This document shows positions 1 to 28,878 of a DNA stretch of 64,000 nucleotides, piece after piece; the stretch's first letter is position 1; every line of letters starts with the position of its first letter. The translations under genes and the position numbers were made by a program. The notes under the pieces were generated by a model. It made no database searches. It was not told where the DNA came from and saw nothing but the letters and a program-made list of their open reading frames with translations. The stretch is from the human T2T-CHM13v2.0 reference genome, Homo sapiens, in NCBI RefSeq assembly GCF_009914755.1, contig NC_060940.1, one strand, 5' to 3'.

Positions 1-2075
<2,075 letters not shown>

Positions 2076-2225
2076 TTCAAAAGTTCTTGAGACTAACAGG
2101 CTAGGAAAAATGGATTCAGTGTCATGATTAGGGAGGAAAATAAATTCTTTAAGTAGGTACAGTTCTATTTTTGTGTCCAGATATTTCATGCTTGTATCTG
2201 TCCGTCTGTCTTTCTGTCTGTTCAT

Positions 2226-2321
2226 GGCTAGTCAAGTGAAGCAGTGGGAATGGAGAAGGACCAAAGCAACCCGTAACGATTGTGATCAGTTAGTTGTAAA
2301 CACCACTGCACTAGGACCAGC
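2226..2321 (-). pseudogene. Y3 RNA (RNY3-derived) retropseudogene
   Basis: The reverse complement, GCTGGTCCTAGTGCAGTGGTGTTTACAACTAACTGATCACAA...CCCACTGCTTCACTTGACTAGCC, matches hY3 over nearly its full length with scattered substitutions. No upstream snRNA-type promoter was recognised. Confidence 0.92.
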
Positions 2322-2479
2322 TCATCTTGTTTTAGCAAATTGGTATTACTCTGGTTACCATCTTGTGATATTCTTGTGTTTATCATAAGTTTCAAAACAG
2401 GGCTCATGTTGAGCCAGTGTCCTGTGTGTGCCACTAAAACCGGCGTCCTAGCTCTTCAGCCTTTAGGTCTCCTGATGGC

Positions 2480-2778
2480 TGTGGACCCACAAAATCTGAG
2501 ACAGATCTCAGTTAGTTTAGAATGTTTCTTTTGCCATGGTTGAGGATGCACACCCGTGACACAGCCTCAGGTACTCCTGATGACATGTGCCCAAGGTGAC
2601 TGGGGCACAGCTTGGTTTTATGCATTTTAGGGAGACATGAGACATCAATCAATATATGAAAGAAGTACATTGGTTCATTCTGGAAAGGTGGGACAACTCC
2701 AAGCAAAGGCAGGAAGACATGAAGCAGGGAGGGGCTTCCAGGTCACAGATAGGTGAGAGACAAACAGTTGCATTCTTT
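2480..2778 (-). mobile_element. MER4A-like ERV1 LTR, partial (3' portion), truncated by an Alu
   Basis: The reverse complement matches MER4A-type motifs: GAATGCAACTGTTTGTCTCTCACCTATCTGTGACCTGGAAGCCCC...CCTTGGGCACATGTCATCAGGA...GAGGCTGTGTCACGGG...CACA end. Confidence 0.85.
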
Positions 2779-6790
<4,012 letters not shown>

Positions 6791-7490
6791 GATATGTAGG
6801 GTTTAAAGCATTTAAGAAAATATTTTCCGTCACCAAATTGTCTTCCAGAAAAGTATTGCCAATCTGATACAGGAAGAATGGCATATCAACGGAGTTTCAG
6901 TTTGTATTTCCTGGAGTGTATTTGAGCTGATGTTCCTCTGCATGTTAATAAACAAGTGTTTTCGTTCTTGTGCGTGTCTGTGTTGTGGTGTGGGTGTTCT
7001 CCACCCTGAGGCCTCTCTTTCTCAACCTGTGCATGGAGGTTGGCCGAGGCAGCCTCTGAAGTACATGGAGCCCTGGACAGCGCCCTGAGTTTCTGTAGGG
7101 TTTCTTTCTTTTGTGGTATTATCCTTTCTTACGAGTTTCAGATATAGGCCATCAGTCTGCGTCATTCAGTAAGGAATAAAGAACATGGAAATGCCTACTT
7201 TTCACTACCTTTGTTCCGGTGTGACGTTCTCCTTGTAAAGGGCAGAGGGTAGTAGACTAAGGCAGGCAGCAGCAGGACGGTGCTGAGAACGGCTCTGAAG
7301 AGTCTCTCTTTTGTGCTGACTTAAAAGTTTTCTCTACTGTTGGATGATCTCTTGATAATTAAAAAAGAAATTATGATACTGATAGCTGTTCGGCCTGCAG
7401 AATAAAGCTGCAGTTACTTCATTCAGCAAGGTCTCAGGCTCCTAATTTTAGAGCTCCTAGAATTTTGTAGTCCTCTCAAGATTGGGTTCT

Positions 7491-8390
<900 letters not shown>

Positions 8391-9942
8391 GATTGGGTTT
8401 TAGGTACTATGCCAATATGGGAGCTCTTTTAAATTTAAAGCAAATCTCAAAATAAAAAAATGGATATTCTATAATCTCCCCCTTGCCCACCCAAGGGAGT
8501 GACTCTGGTCTGGTATGGGGGGATGAGAATCTGAGGCTGACACCCTCAGGCAGGTGGCTGAATCTCAGGCCCACAGAGACTGGGTTGCCGTTGGCTCCTG
8601 TAGCGGCTCCACTGTGGAGAGAAAGGTTCTGCCAGAAAATCTGGGAGCCACAGATTAGAACCTTCCTCCAGGCACTCACCATTTCTCCCCATCTGTGCTC
8701 TCGGCGGGAGGTGCTTTGTGCCCACTTGGCCCAGGTGCAGGGACCCAGCAAGAATGGGACAGACCTGGCTGCTCCCTGGGGGAGGCAGATGGGCAAAAGG
8801 ACGTTATGGCCTGAGCACCTAGCAGCCTCCAGGTACAGGTGTTCTCTGGATGCAGTCCTGAGGCTCAGGTGTAGGCCCCTGTGTGAGGTGGGGGTAGGTG
8901 GGGCTGGAAAGTGTTCTAGACACAGAGACGAGGGTGCATCATAGAATTTGGGGACGTTGGGTCCTACTTGCTCTTGGGGAATGGGAGCTTTGCATCCTGT
9001 CATCTTTGTTTCCCTAAAGATCACCCTGGGTGCTGGGCATGGGGGTGCGTGTCTCAACTACTCGGGAGGCTGAAGTGGGAAGATTACTGGAGCCCAAGAG
9101 TTTGAAGCTGCAGTGAGCCATGATCACTCCTGTGACTAACCACTGCACTCCAGCCTGGGCAGCATAGTGAAACCCCGTGTCTTTGAAATAATAAAATAAA
9201 GATCACCCTGGCCTCTTTCTGACCCGTATCTGAAATTGGTTGTCTATGTGAAGCAGAACAGTGGTACCCAGAGAGGCAGGGCACTGAGGCTTGTTTTATT
9301 TTAGGGGACGACATTGCAGGTGGGCTTTCCTTGGGAGCAGATATTTCCTTCAGAGGGACATAAAGAGTGCTCCTTGGCAGGCTGTCTTCCAGGTGGCCTT
9401 TGGCACTGCCTGCAGATCGGGTGGGCAGTGCAGCTGGGGAGCTCTGTGCACTGGCAGGGTCACCTGCACGTGGTCTCATCCTTCACAGTAGAAGTTTGTG
9501 GCATCTGCTGCTCTAGCCTGGTGTCCAGATGTGTCCTACAGAGACATGTTGACCTGTTTTCCAAGCACACTTCAGTGTGAGGACTTATTTCCATATAGTC
9601 CTTTTTATTCATATATCTCAAACTTTTTTGTTTTTTTTTTGAGACGCACTCTCGCTCTGTCGCCCAGGCTGGAGTGCAGTGGCGTGATCTCAGCTCACTG
9701 CAACCTCCGCCTCCTAGTCCTGGTTCACGCAATTCTCCTGCCTCAGCCTCCCGAGTAGCTGGGATTACAGGCACATGCCTCCGTGCCCAGCTAATTTTTG
9801 TATTTTTAGTAGATTCGGGGTTTCACCATGTTGGCCAGGCTGGTCTTGAACTCCTGACCTCATGATCTGCCTGCCTCGGCCTCCCAAAGTGCTGGGATTA
9901 CAGGCGTGAGCCACCATGCCCGGCTTTAAAAACATTTTTTTA

Positions 9943-10170
<228 letters not shown>

Positions 10171-11033
10171 TCAGTGAGCTATGATTGTGCCAGTGCACTC
10201 TAGCCTGGGCAGTAGAGTAAGACCCTGTCTCCAAAAAGGAAAAAAGAGAGTCAGAGAGAGAGAGATGGCGTCTCGCTCTGTCACTCAGGCTGGAGTTCAG
10301 TGGCACAGTGGCAGCCTCCTGAGTAGCTGGGACTACAGGTGTGCACCACTGCACCTGGCTAATTAAAAATATATATATATTGTGGCCGGGCGCAGTGGCT
10401 CACACCTGTAATCCCAGCACTTTGGGAGGCCGAGGCGGTGGATCACGATGTCAGGAGATCGAGACCATCCTGGCTAACACGGTGAAACCTCGTCTCTCCT
10501 AATAGTACAAAAAAATTAGCCGGGCGTGGTGGCAGGCACCTATAGTCCCAGCTACTCAGTGGGCTAAGGCAGGAGAATGGTGTGAACCCGGGGGGCAGAG
10601 GTTGCAGTGAGCCGAGATCGCGCCACTGCGCTCCAGCCTGGGCAACAGAGCGAGACTCCATCTCCAAAAAAGAAAAGAAGACTAAAACGTATAAATTATA
10701 CCTGTCTCCCTACAGAAATTCATTAAGAGACTCATGCTCAGACTGTTGTCTGGTTAATGTGAACAACATGAGCACATCTGAAGAAAGGGTGAGAACAAAG
10801 GGTTACATTCAGCTTTCAGGTCAACTAATTTAAAACAACAGGACGGGCCAGGCACAATGAATTGTGAAAAATAACGCTGACAATTTAAAATAGTGGAACA
10901 AAATTAAAAAAGGAAAAAAAAAAAACTGTAAAGAAAATTTGACATATGAAAAAGCGTATTGTCCAGGCGCAGTGGCTCACACCTGTAATCCTAGCATTTT
11001 GGGAGGCCGAGGTGGGCGGATCATGTGAGGTCA

Positions 11034-11276
<243 letters not shown>

Positions 11277-11473
11277 CTAGCACTTTGGGAGGCCGAGGTG
11301 GGCAGATCACCTGAGGTCAGGAGTTTGAGACCAGCCTGATCAACATGGAGAAACGCCGTCTACTAAAAATACAAAATTAGGCCGGGCGCGGTGGCTCATG
11401 CCTGTAATCCCAGCACTTTGGGAGGCCGAGGCAGGTGGATCACGAGGTCAGGAGATCGAGACCATCCTGGCTA

Positions 11474-11996
<523 letters not shown>

Positions 11997-12009
11997 CTAC
12001 ACAGTAGAG

Positions 12010-12245
12010 TCCTCCTCATGCTATGCTCTGGCCCTCTTGCCCCTCCAACCTCACTTCCAGCTGCCGGCCCCCTGCTCACTCTGCTCCTGACACTCCACAG
12101 GCACACATCCTCCTCCAGGCCTGTGCAGTAGCTATTCCCTCTGCCTGGAATATGCAGTCCTGTATATCTCCAGCTCAGTGTCTCACAGCGCTGTCACCAG
12201 GCGGGACAGAGTGTCGGGCTCATTCAGGTGCTCAGCAGAATTCAG
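12010..12245 (+). mobile_element. Probable L2 3' fragment
   Basis: Degenerate L2-like motifs (gctattccctctgcctggaat, caggtgctcag). Confidence 0.45.
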
Positions 12246-12254
12246 CTCCTTGAG

Positions 12255-13346
<1,092 letters not shown>

Positions 13347-14466
13347 TGATCCCCTGGCCTCCAAAAGTGCTGGGATGACAGATGTGACCCACCACGCCCA
13401 ACCAAGTATTGGATAACTTTTTAGTTTCTTTTTCTTCCTCCTTTACTTCCGCTCAGGGGTCTAGGTCTGAGTCAGGGCTTGAGGGTGTCCCCATGGGGGC
13501 TGGTGTTACCCAGGACACTGCAGCGGCTAGCAGGGCTTGGCTGGGCTGGCGAATGAGGGCCCCACTTCTCTTTTTTGTACAGGGAAGGGACCGAGGATCT
13601 GAGTGACATCTGTAGGTCAGAGGGCATGCTGACCTTGAAAGCAAGGTGGGAATGGAGTTCTATGAGCTGAGGAGTCCCAGCTGGCTCGCATTCTAGAGAA
13701 GCGCCATAAAGGGAGTCTATTCATTAGCCCCAGGGAGAGAGCCTCCCGCTCCCTCCCTCCCCGCCCCCCACCCCACCCCACCCTTAGGAGCTGCTCACCT
13801 TCCCCTCGCCTGGGGCACACACCTGCTTCTCCAGGGACCAGACCTGAAGTGCAGGAAGGAGCCCCGCGGCCTTCTGTTACCGCAGCGCTCTGCCTGCCAT
13901 CGTTGAATGTGTGGACTCTTTGGTTGCTTTCATAAATTCTGTTTTATTTCCTCATCATGTTTGCTGAAAGCTTGAATGTATCCACTTGGCTGTTTTCCAA
14001 GTATTCTCATGTGCATTTTAAGAGTCTCCTGTCTTTAAAATAATGTGGAGGCAGCTCTGAATATACTAAAACCATTGATTTGTACCCTTCAGATGGGTGA
14101 TTTTGTGGTATGTGAATTTTATTTCAATGAAGCTGTTAACAGAAATAGTACAGAGTCCGTACTGTTGTGTTTTCTGGAGCACCTGGAGTCCCCTCTGTCC
14201 CTGGCCATCCCTCCTTCCCCACACCTCACCCCTGTACCTCACCTTCCCCACCCCCCTGCCTCACCCCTGCACCTCACCCTCCCCATGCTTCCCGTATCAG
14301 GGAGCTTCTTAAACACAGAATGGGGTGTTAAGATGATTGGAGGGCAGCAGCCTATTGGAATCCCGATGAACGTGGAAAGGTGTCAGGGAGGGGTAGCTGT
14401 GGTGTGGAGGAGCCCCACATTTTCGTCCCTGTCTTGTCACAAAGAAGGAGCCCATCGCTGTGATTA

Positions 14467-19410
<4,944 letters not shown>

Positions 19411-20986
19411 CGAGCACTTGTTGGGAACAGCAGGGAAAGCCCTTTGTGTATATGTTTAGCTGCTTCGCGTCTGCTTTTAGAAAGAAGTGTCCGTGCCATC
19501 GGCAGGTGAGCCGCAGGCTTCAGTGCCATTGGGAGATACTGTATAGCCAGGCTTCCAGAGCCGCCTCTCTCCCTGCCCACGCTGGCCCATGTGCTGATCT
19601 AGTGTGAAGTTTACAGATAGCTTCGGGAACTCCTAGGAACATTTTGCTTATTATTGCTGTGGTTTCTGATAAGATAAGCTTTGTTGAAAACAGTATAATT
19701 CAAGTATGATAGTAACAACAAGATGCAGAAAGGCGGTTTCTCGTTCTGAAAGGTGCTTTGCTGTGAAGCCATAATACAGTGTGTTATTCGAGAATCCTGG
19801 GAGGAGTCTCTGGGATCCTAGTTGACTGTGGTGGGAGAACTTGTTCTGCTTTCCTTTCTTTCAGATTAGTGGATCATGTTTCTACATCCATAGTAGGAAC
19901 AATGCAATTTGTCAGTAAGTTTTTCATACTGCAGTCACCCTGGAGCCAGTGACTGAGTGGATTCTCCACCATGGTGTTTCTGTAACTTATTGTCCGTCTG
20001 CTGGAGCGGTGCTGGCTGGCTTTGGCCACTCTGGTTTATGTCTCTTGGCTCGGTTTTCTGCCACTACTGGATTTTGCAGGGAAGGGCAGGCTGTCTCATT
20101 TTTCACAGTTTCACCTTTTTTTTTTTTTTTGAAAGCCTCTGAATTGAGTATTTTGGACTTGGAGAATTAGAACTATCCCCAAATCATCAATTACATGAAA
20201 TCCATCTGTTCTACAGATTATAAAGAAAATATAATTAAAATGGAGTTTTAAAAATGTATACTTTGATTCACTCTTGTTCATTCTAACATGGTAACATGTA
20301 AAAGGGGCCTATTCTAGTTAATGATTTGTTTAAAAAATATTTGGTTAATGTTTCAGAATAAACAACTTGGTACTTTGTGTTCAATTAGTAGCTTCAGTGT
20401 GGAAATTCTTAGGAATCTTCAGGACAGATTGGCCAGTCTGGACTCCGGATTAGGTAACTCTCAGGTACCCAGCAAGACTCTCACATTCTTAGGAATGAGC
20501 TTAGGAATGAGGACTTTTGTGAGATAAGTGGGGAGATGTTTTATAAACTCCAGTTGTCTCCAGGAAGTTGGTTGATGATGGACTTCCGAGGCTAGAGTCA
20601 CGCTAGCACACAGAGCCCTAGGATTGGGGCGATGGCCCCGGCCTCTTCCGTTGTGAAGGGGAAGCGGAAACTCAGTCTCTGGCTCAGGAATTCCACACTG
20701 TGGGGTCCCTTAGCTGGGGCTGACCCTGTTTGAGCCTGACTTTATGAGGCATGTTGGCTGACAGTGGCGAGAGGGCCAGCCACGGGGGCCCGGGCCTTGC
20801 TCTGGTGCCCTGTGTGCTTCGGGCTCTCTGGATTGCCTCCTGGGCGATGCTATAGCCTTGCTGACCACGTGCTACACCCCCCATCCTTTTCCTGAAACAG
20901 AGCAGCTGTGTCCTGGCATCTCCAGCAGGGCTGCCCTTGAGGGTTCTGTGCTTGCTGCTTGGTAGCAGCCCCGGCATCTGGACTTC

Positions 20987-23720
20987 ACCACAGGGCCTAG
21001 GGGGCCTTCCTCGGGTTCACCGATGCCCACAGGGCCTGGGGGGCCTTCCTCGGGTTCACCGATGCCCACAGGGCCTGGGGGGCCTTCCTCGGGTTCACCG
21101 ATGCCCACAGGGCCTGGGGGGCCTTCCTCGGGTTCACCGATGCCCACAGGGCCTGGGGGACCTTCCTCGGGTTCACCGATGCCCACAGGGCCTGGGGGGC
21201 CTTCCTCGGGTTCACCGATGCCCACAGGGCCTGGGGGGCCTTCCTCGGGTTCACCGATGCCCACAGGGCCTGGGGGGCCTTCCTCGGGTTCAGTGATGCT
21301 CACAGGGCCTGGGGGGCCTTCCTCGGGTTCACCGATGCCCACAGGGCCTGGGGGGCCTTCCTCGGGTTCACCGATGCTCACAGGGCCTGGGGGGCCTTCC
21401 TCGGGTTCACCGATGCCCACAGGGCCTGGGGGGCCTTCCTCGGGTTCACCGATGCCCACAGGGCCTGGGGGGCCTTCCTCGGGTTCACCGATGCCCACAG
21501 GGCCTGGGGGGCCTTCCTCGGGTTCACCGATGCCCACAGGGCCTGGGGGGCCTTCCTCGGGTTCACCGATGCCCACAGGGCCTGGGGGGCCTTCCTCGGG
21601 TTCACCGATGCCCACAGGGCCTGGGGGGCCTTCCTCGGGTTCACCGATGCCCACAGGGCCTGGGGGGCCTTCCTCGGGTTCACCGATGCCCACAGGGCCT
21701 GGGGGGCCTTCCTCGGGTTCACCGATGCCCACAGGGCCTGGGGGGCCTTCCTCGGGTTCACCGATGCCCACAGGGCCTGGGGGGCCTTCCTCGGGTTCAC
21801 CGATGCCCACAGGGCCTGGGGGGCCTTCCTCGGGTTCACCGATGCCCACAGGGCCTGGGGGGCCTTCCTCGGGTTCACCGATGCCCACAGGGCCTGGGGG
21901 GCCTTCCTCGGGTTCACCGATGCCCACAGGGCCTGGGGGGCCTTCCTCGGGTTCACCGATGCCCACAGGGCCTGGGGGGCCTTCCTCGGGTTCACCGATG
22001 CCCACAGGGCCTGGGGGGCCTTCCTCGGGTTCACCGATGCCCACAGGGCCTGGGGGGCCTTCCTCGGGTTCACCGATGCCCACAGGGCCTGGGGGGCCTT
22101 CCTCGGGTTCACCGATGCCCACAGGGCCTGGGGGGCCTTCCTCGGGTTCACCGATGCCCACAGGGCCTGGGGGGCCTTCCTCGGGTTCACCGATGCCCAC
22201 AGGGCCTGGGGGGCCTTCCTCGGGTTCACCGATGCCCACAGGGCCTGGGGGGCCTTCCTCGGGTTCACCGATGCCCACAGGGCCTGGGGGGCCTTCCTCG
22301 GGTTCACCGATGCCCACAGGGCCTGGGGGGCCTTCCTCGGGTTCACCGATGCCCACAGGGCCTGGGGGGCCTTCCTCGGGTTCACCGATGCCCACAGGGC
22401 CTGGGGGGCCTTCCTCGGGTTCACCGATGCCCACAGGGCCTGGGGGGCCTTCCTCGGGTTCACCGATGCCCACAGGGCCTGGGGGGCCTTCCTCGGGTTC
22501 ACCGATGCTCACAGGGCCTGGGGGGCCTTCCTCGGGTTCAGTGATGCTCACAGGGCCTGGGGGGCCTTCCTCGGGTTCACCGATGCCCACAGGGCCTGGG
22601 GGGCCTTCCTCGGGTTCAGTGATGCTCACAGGGCCTGGGGGGCCTTCCTCGGGTTCACCGATGCCCACAGGGCCTGGGGGGCCTTCCTCGGGTTCACCGA
22701 TGCCCACAGGGCCTGGGGGGCCTTCCTCGGGTTCACCGATGCCCACAGGGCCTGGGGGGCCTTCCTCGGGTTCACCGATGCCCACAGGGCCTGGGGGGCC
22801 TTCCTCGGGTTCACCGATGCCCACAGGGCCTGGGGGGCCTTCCTCGGGTTCAGTGATGCCCACAGGGCCTGGGGGGCCTTCCTCGGGTTCACCGATGCTC
22901 ACAGGGCCTGGGGGGCCTTCCTCGGGTTCAGTGATGCTCACAGGGCCTGGGGGGCCTTCCTCGGGTTCACCGATGCCCACAGGGCCTGGGGGGCCTTCCT
23001 CGGGTTCAGTGATGCTCACAGGGCCTGGGGGGCCTTCCTCGGGTTCACCGATGCCCACAGGGCCTGGGGGGCCTTCCTCGGGTTCACCGATGCCCACAGG
23101 GCCTGGGGGGCCTTCCTCGGGTTCACCGATGCCCACAGGGCCTGGGGGGCCTTCCTCGGGTTCAGTGATGCTCACAGGGCCTGGGGGGCCTTCCTCGGGT
23201 TCACCGATGCCCACAGGGCCTGGGGGGCCTTCCTCGGGTTCACCGATGCCCACAGGGCCTGGGGGGCCTTCCTCGGGTTCACCGATGCTCACAGGGCCTG
23301 GGGGGCCTTCCTCGGGTTCACCGATGCCCACAGGGCCTGGGGGGCCTTCCTCGGGTTCAGTGATGCTCACAGGGCCTGGGGGGCCTTCCTCGGGTTCACC
23401 GATGCCCACAGGGCCTGGGGGGCCTTCCTCGGGTTCACCGATGCCCACAGGGCCTGGGGGGCCTTCCTCGGGTTCACCGATGCCCACAGGGCCTGGGGGG
23501 CCTTCCTCGGGTTCACCGATGCCCACAGGGCCTGGGGGGCCTTCCTCGGGTTCACCGATGCTCACAGGGCCTGGGGGGCCTTCCTCGGGTTCACCGATGC
23601 CCACAGGGCCTGGGGGGCCTTCCTCGGGTTCACCGATGCCCACAGGGCCTGGGGGGCCTTCCTCGGGTTCACCGATGCTCACAGGGCCTGGGGGGCCTTC
23701 CTCAGGTTCACCGATGCTCA
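20987..23720. repeat. 39-bp minisatellite (VNTR), about 70 copies, unit CCCACAGGGCCTGGGGGGCCTTCCTCGGGTTCACCGATG
   Basis: Direct 39-bp periodicity with four unit variants (ccgatgccc, ccgatgctc, gtgatgctc, gtgatgccc). Confidence 0.99.
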
Positions 23721-24157
23721 TCTGCCGTAACCTGCCTGAGGCCCTAGGGTTTTGTCAGTTAATGGATGTGGCTACGGCCAGGGCTCCTGCCAGCCTGTTG
23801 CCTCTCCCTGTCCCTGAGCATTTTCACAGTCCAGCCCGCCACCCAAGAGGGGCTTTCTTCAGGAGTCTGCCCCCTCTGTGGCTGAATGCTGCCTCCTTTT
23901 TCCTTTCTCCCTGGCCCACACTTCTTTCTTCTTTGCTCTCTTTTTCTCTTTTGCTGTTCTTGAAGTTTTCATTATGGAAGAGTTCAAACCCATATGAAAG
24001 TGGAGAGTAGTGAAATGGTGCACTGGTACCCATCCCCAGTCACAGCAACGTGCAGGCATGCCTCTGGTGACATCTGTGCCTCACCCCAGATTCTAGAGGT
24101 ATTTCTAAGTATTTCAGTACATGTGTCTAAAAAGCAGTGCTCTTTAAAAAATTATGA

Positions 24158-25280
<1,123 letters not shown>

Positions 25281-25419
25281 AGTTGTCTTCTTAATTATAA
25301 GATTTCCTTATATATTCTGGACACAAGTCATTTAACAGATATATGATTTGCAAATACTTTCTCCCAGTCAGTGTCATTTTTTTGCTTTTATTAATGTCTT
25401 TTGAGTATGAAAGTTTTAA

Positions 25420-25580
25420 ATTTTTATTTTTAAGTTTTGGGGTACATGTGTAGGATGTACAGGTTTGTTACATAGGCAAACGTGTGCCATGGTGATTTGC
25501 TGCACCTGTCAGCCCATTAGCTGAGTATTAAGCCCAGGTATTTTCTGTAATACTCTCCCCCCTCCCACCCCATCCCCTGA
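25420..25580 (-). mobile_element. 5'-truncated L1PA 3' end nested in an older L1M
   Basis: ggggtacatgtgtaggatgtacaggtttgttacataggcaaacgtgtgccatggtg is the antisense L1PA terminus. It is flanked by the near-duplicate gaaa(g/a)ttttaaattttta. Confidence 0.8.
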
Positions 25581-26133
25581 AAATTTTTAAATTTTTATGA
25601 AATCCAATTTACACTTGGCAGAATAAACCTGCATTCTTTCTGAAGAGTTTTATTTTGTGTTACGTCCATGTGTGAGTCACCCTACTTAGCGTTTATGATT
25701 TTTGATATCAAGGGTCTTTTTCCCTGAGTTATTCGCTACCAAGGACTCTGCAGAGCCAGGAAGGCATTTCTGAATGGGCGGTGTGTGCTTATCTATGTTA
25801 TCTATGTAACATATCTATGTTGGCATGCTGGATCCTTGCCGGAACAATACCTAAAACTTCAGAACTGATCTCCCCACGTAAGACCCTGGCTGCTGGCGTT
25901 CAGTGGCCAGGGTCCTACTCCTGTGGTTCATCACGCCAGGTGCTGCTGGCAGCCCATTTACAGGGTGCTGCCTGTCCTGTGGCTGTGACCGTCTGCAGTG
26001 GCCCATGGAGGCCGTGCTGCCTCCTGCACGTGAGGAGTCAGAGGCTGTCACTGTCAGCACCGCCCCTGTTGGCGGCTTCTTTGCATGTGGTGAAAAAGCC
26101 AAGCTCGCGATACAGCCTAATCCCGATTCCCTA

Positions 26134-26461
26134 AAGCGGCCCGCAGCCTTCTTGGCACCAGGGATTGGTTTCATAGAAGACGCCTTTCCACAGACGGGCA
26201 GGGCGTTGGGGTGGTTTCAGGATGATACTGTTCAGATCATCCGGCGTTAGAGTCTCATAAGGAGCGCGCAACCTGGACCCCTCTCATGCGGAGCACACAG
26301 TAGGCTTTGCGCTCCTGTGAGAAGAACCTGATGCTCCTGCTGATCTGACAGGAGGGGAGCTCAGGCGGTAATGCTCCCTCACCTCCTGCTGTGCTTCCCC
26401 GTTCCCAGCAGGCCACACACCAGATCTCTCCCAGTCCGAGGTCCAGGGTTGGGGACCCCTG
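26134..26461. mobile_element. MER1B-like hAT-Charlie DNA transposon (MITE)
   Basis: The start matches ...CCTTCTTGGCACCAGGGATTGGTTTCATAGAAGAC, the interior has TCTCATAAGGAGCGCGCAACCT, and it ends with the TIR GGTTGGGGACCCCTG. Confidence 0.85.
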
Positions 26462-26504
26462 CTGTAAAGGCTTAGGGTAACCTAGTCTCATTTGGCAATT
26501 ACAG

Positions 26505-26598
26505 GTGAAGGACTTAACTAAGTACTTGGATCCCAGTGGGCTCGGCGTGATCAGCTTTGAAGACTTCTACCAAGGGATCACAGCCATCAGAAACGGAG
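26505..26598 (+). CDS. RAB11FIP3: RAB11FIP3 coding exon 2 (94 bp): VKDLTKYLDPSGLGVISFEDFYQGITAIRNG, with an EF-hand-type loop
   Basis: Acceptor ttacag|GTG and donor GGAG|gtcagt. The peptide is recognised as Rab11-FIP3 and has the EF-hand-like loop DPSGLGVISFED. The phase 1 end joins exon 3 in frame. Confidence 0.96.
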
Positions 26599-27109
26599 GT
26601 CAGTCATCCCCGCCATGAGCTCCCACCTCCTCTCCCGTTCCTCAGCCACCCTCTCAGCCACCTGCACATCACCAGGCTCCTCGTGCTGACTCTAACATCT
26701 TTCCTTCTCCTTGAAGCCCCCAACATACCCCAGGTTTCCAGGTGGTCTCTTTCCTTTCTTGTTACCTTCTCCTCACATACCCTGTTTTCCAGAATTTGCT
26801 GCGTTAACTACTTTTCCATAATGCTAGAAAGCAACTGCCCCCTTCCTCAAAGATTTCATGATGACAATTTGAGAATTTTCAAAATATTGAAAGAATGATT
26901 CCATGGCCACCCAAGTGGGTGTTCATCACCCGTGCTCTGCAGGCAGCACTTCGTCGCACTCTCTCCCCACGTCTCTGTCCATCTCCAGTCTGTCCCCCAG
27001 CCCCTCTTGAATGGGATGTGTTTGTAATCAGCATGCTTCCGCGCACACCGCCCTGAACACTGCAGCCCGTACCACCATCGTTCCCTAGAGCTCAGTGTTT
27101 GTTTCCAGT

Positions 27110-28220
<1,111 letters not shown>

Positions 28221-28266
28221 CACCAGTCCCCATACTATACACTGTCCGTCTTACGTCAAGTTCTGA

Positions 28267-28878
<612 letters not shown>

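Noticed and set aside
8407-9057. 216 aa minus-strand and 153 aa plus-strand ORFs
   Set aside because: The minus ORF begins in an Alu monomer. Neither has a recognisable domain or splice support, and such ORFs are expected by chance in GC-rich DNA.
14200-14290. CCTCACCCCTG-like C-rich repeats
   Set aside because: A short, degenerate low-complexity patch with no further structure.
20872-23721. Collagen-like gene (GPPGPV motifs) on the minus strand
   Set aside because: The Gly-X-Y register breaks every 13 residues, there is no signal peptide or exon structure, and the DNA repeats are near-identical with no synonymous drift.
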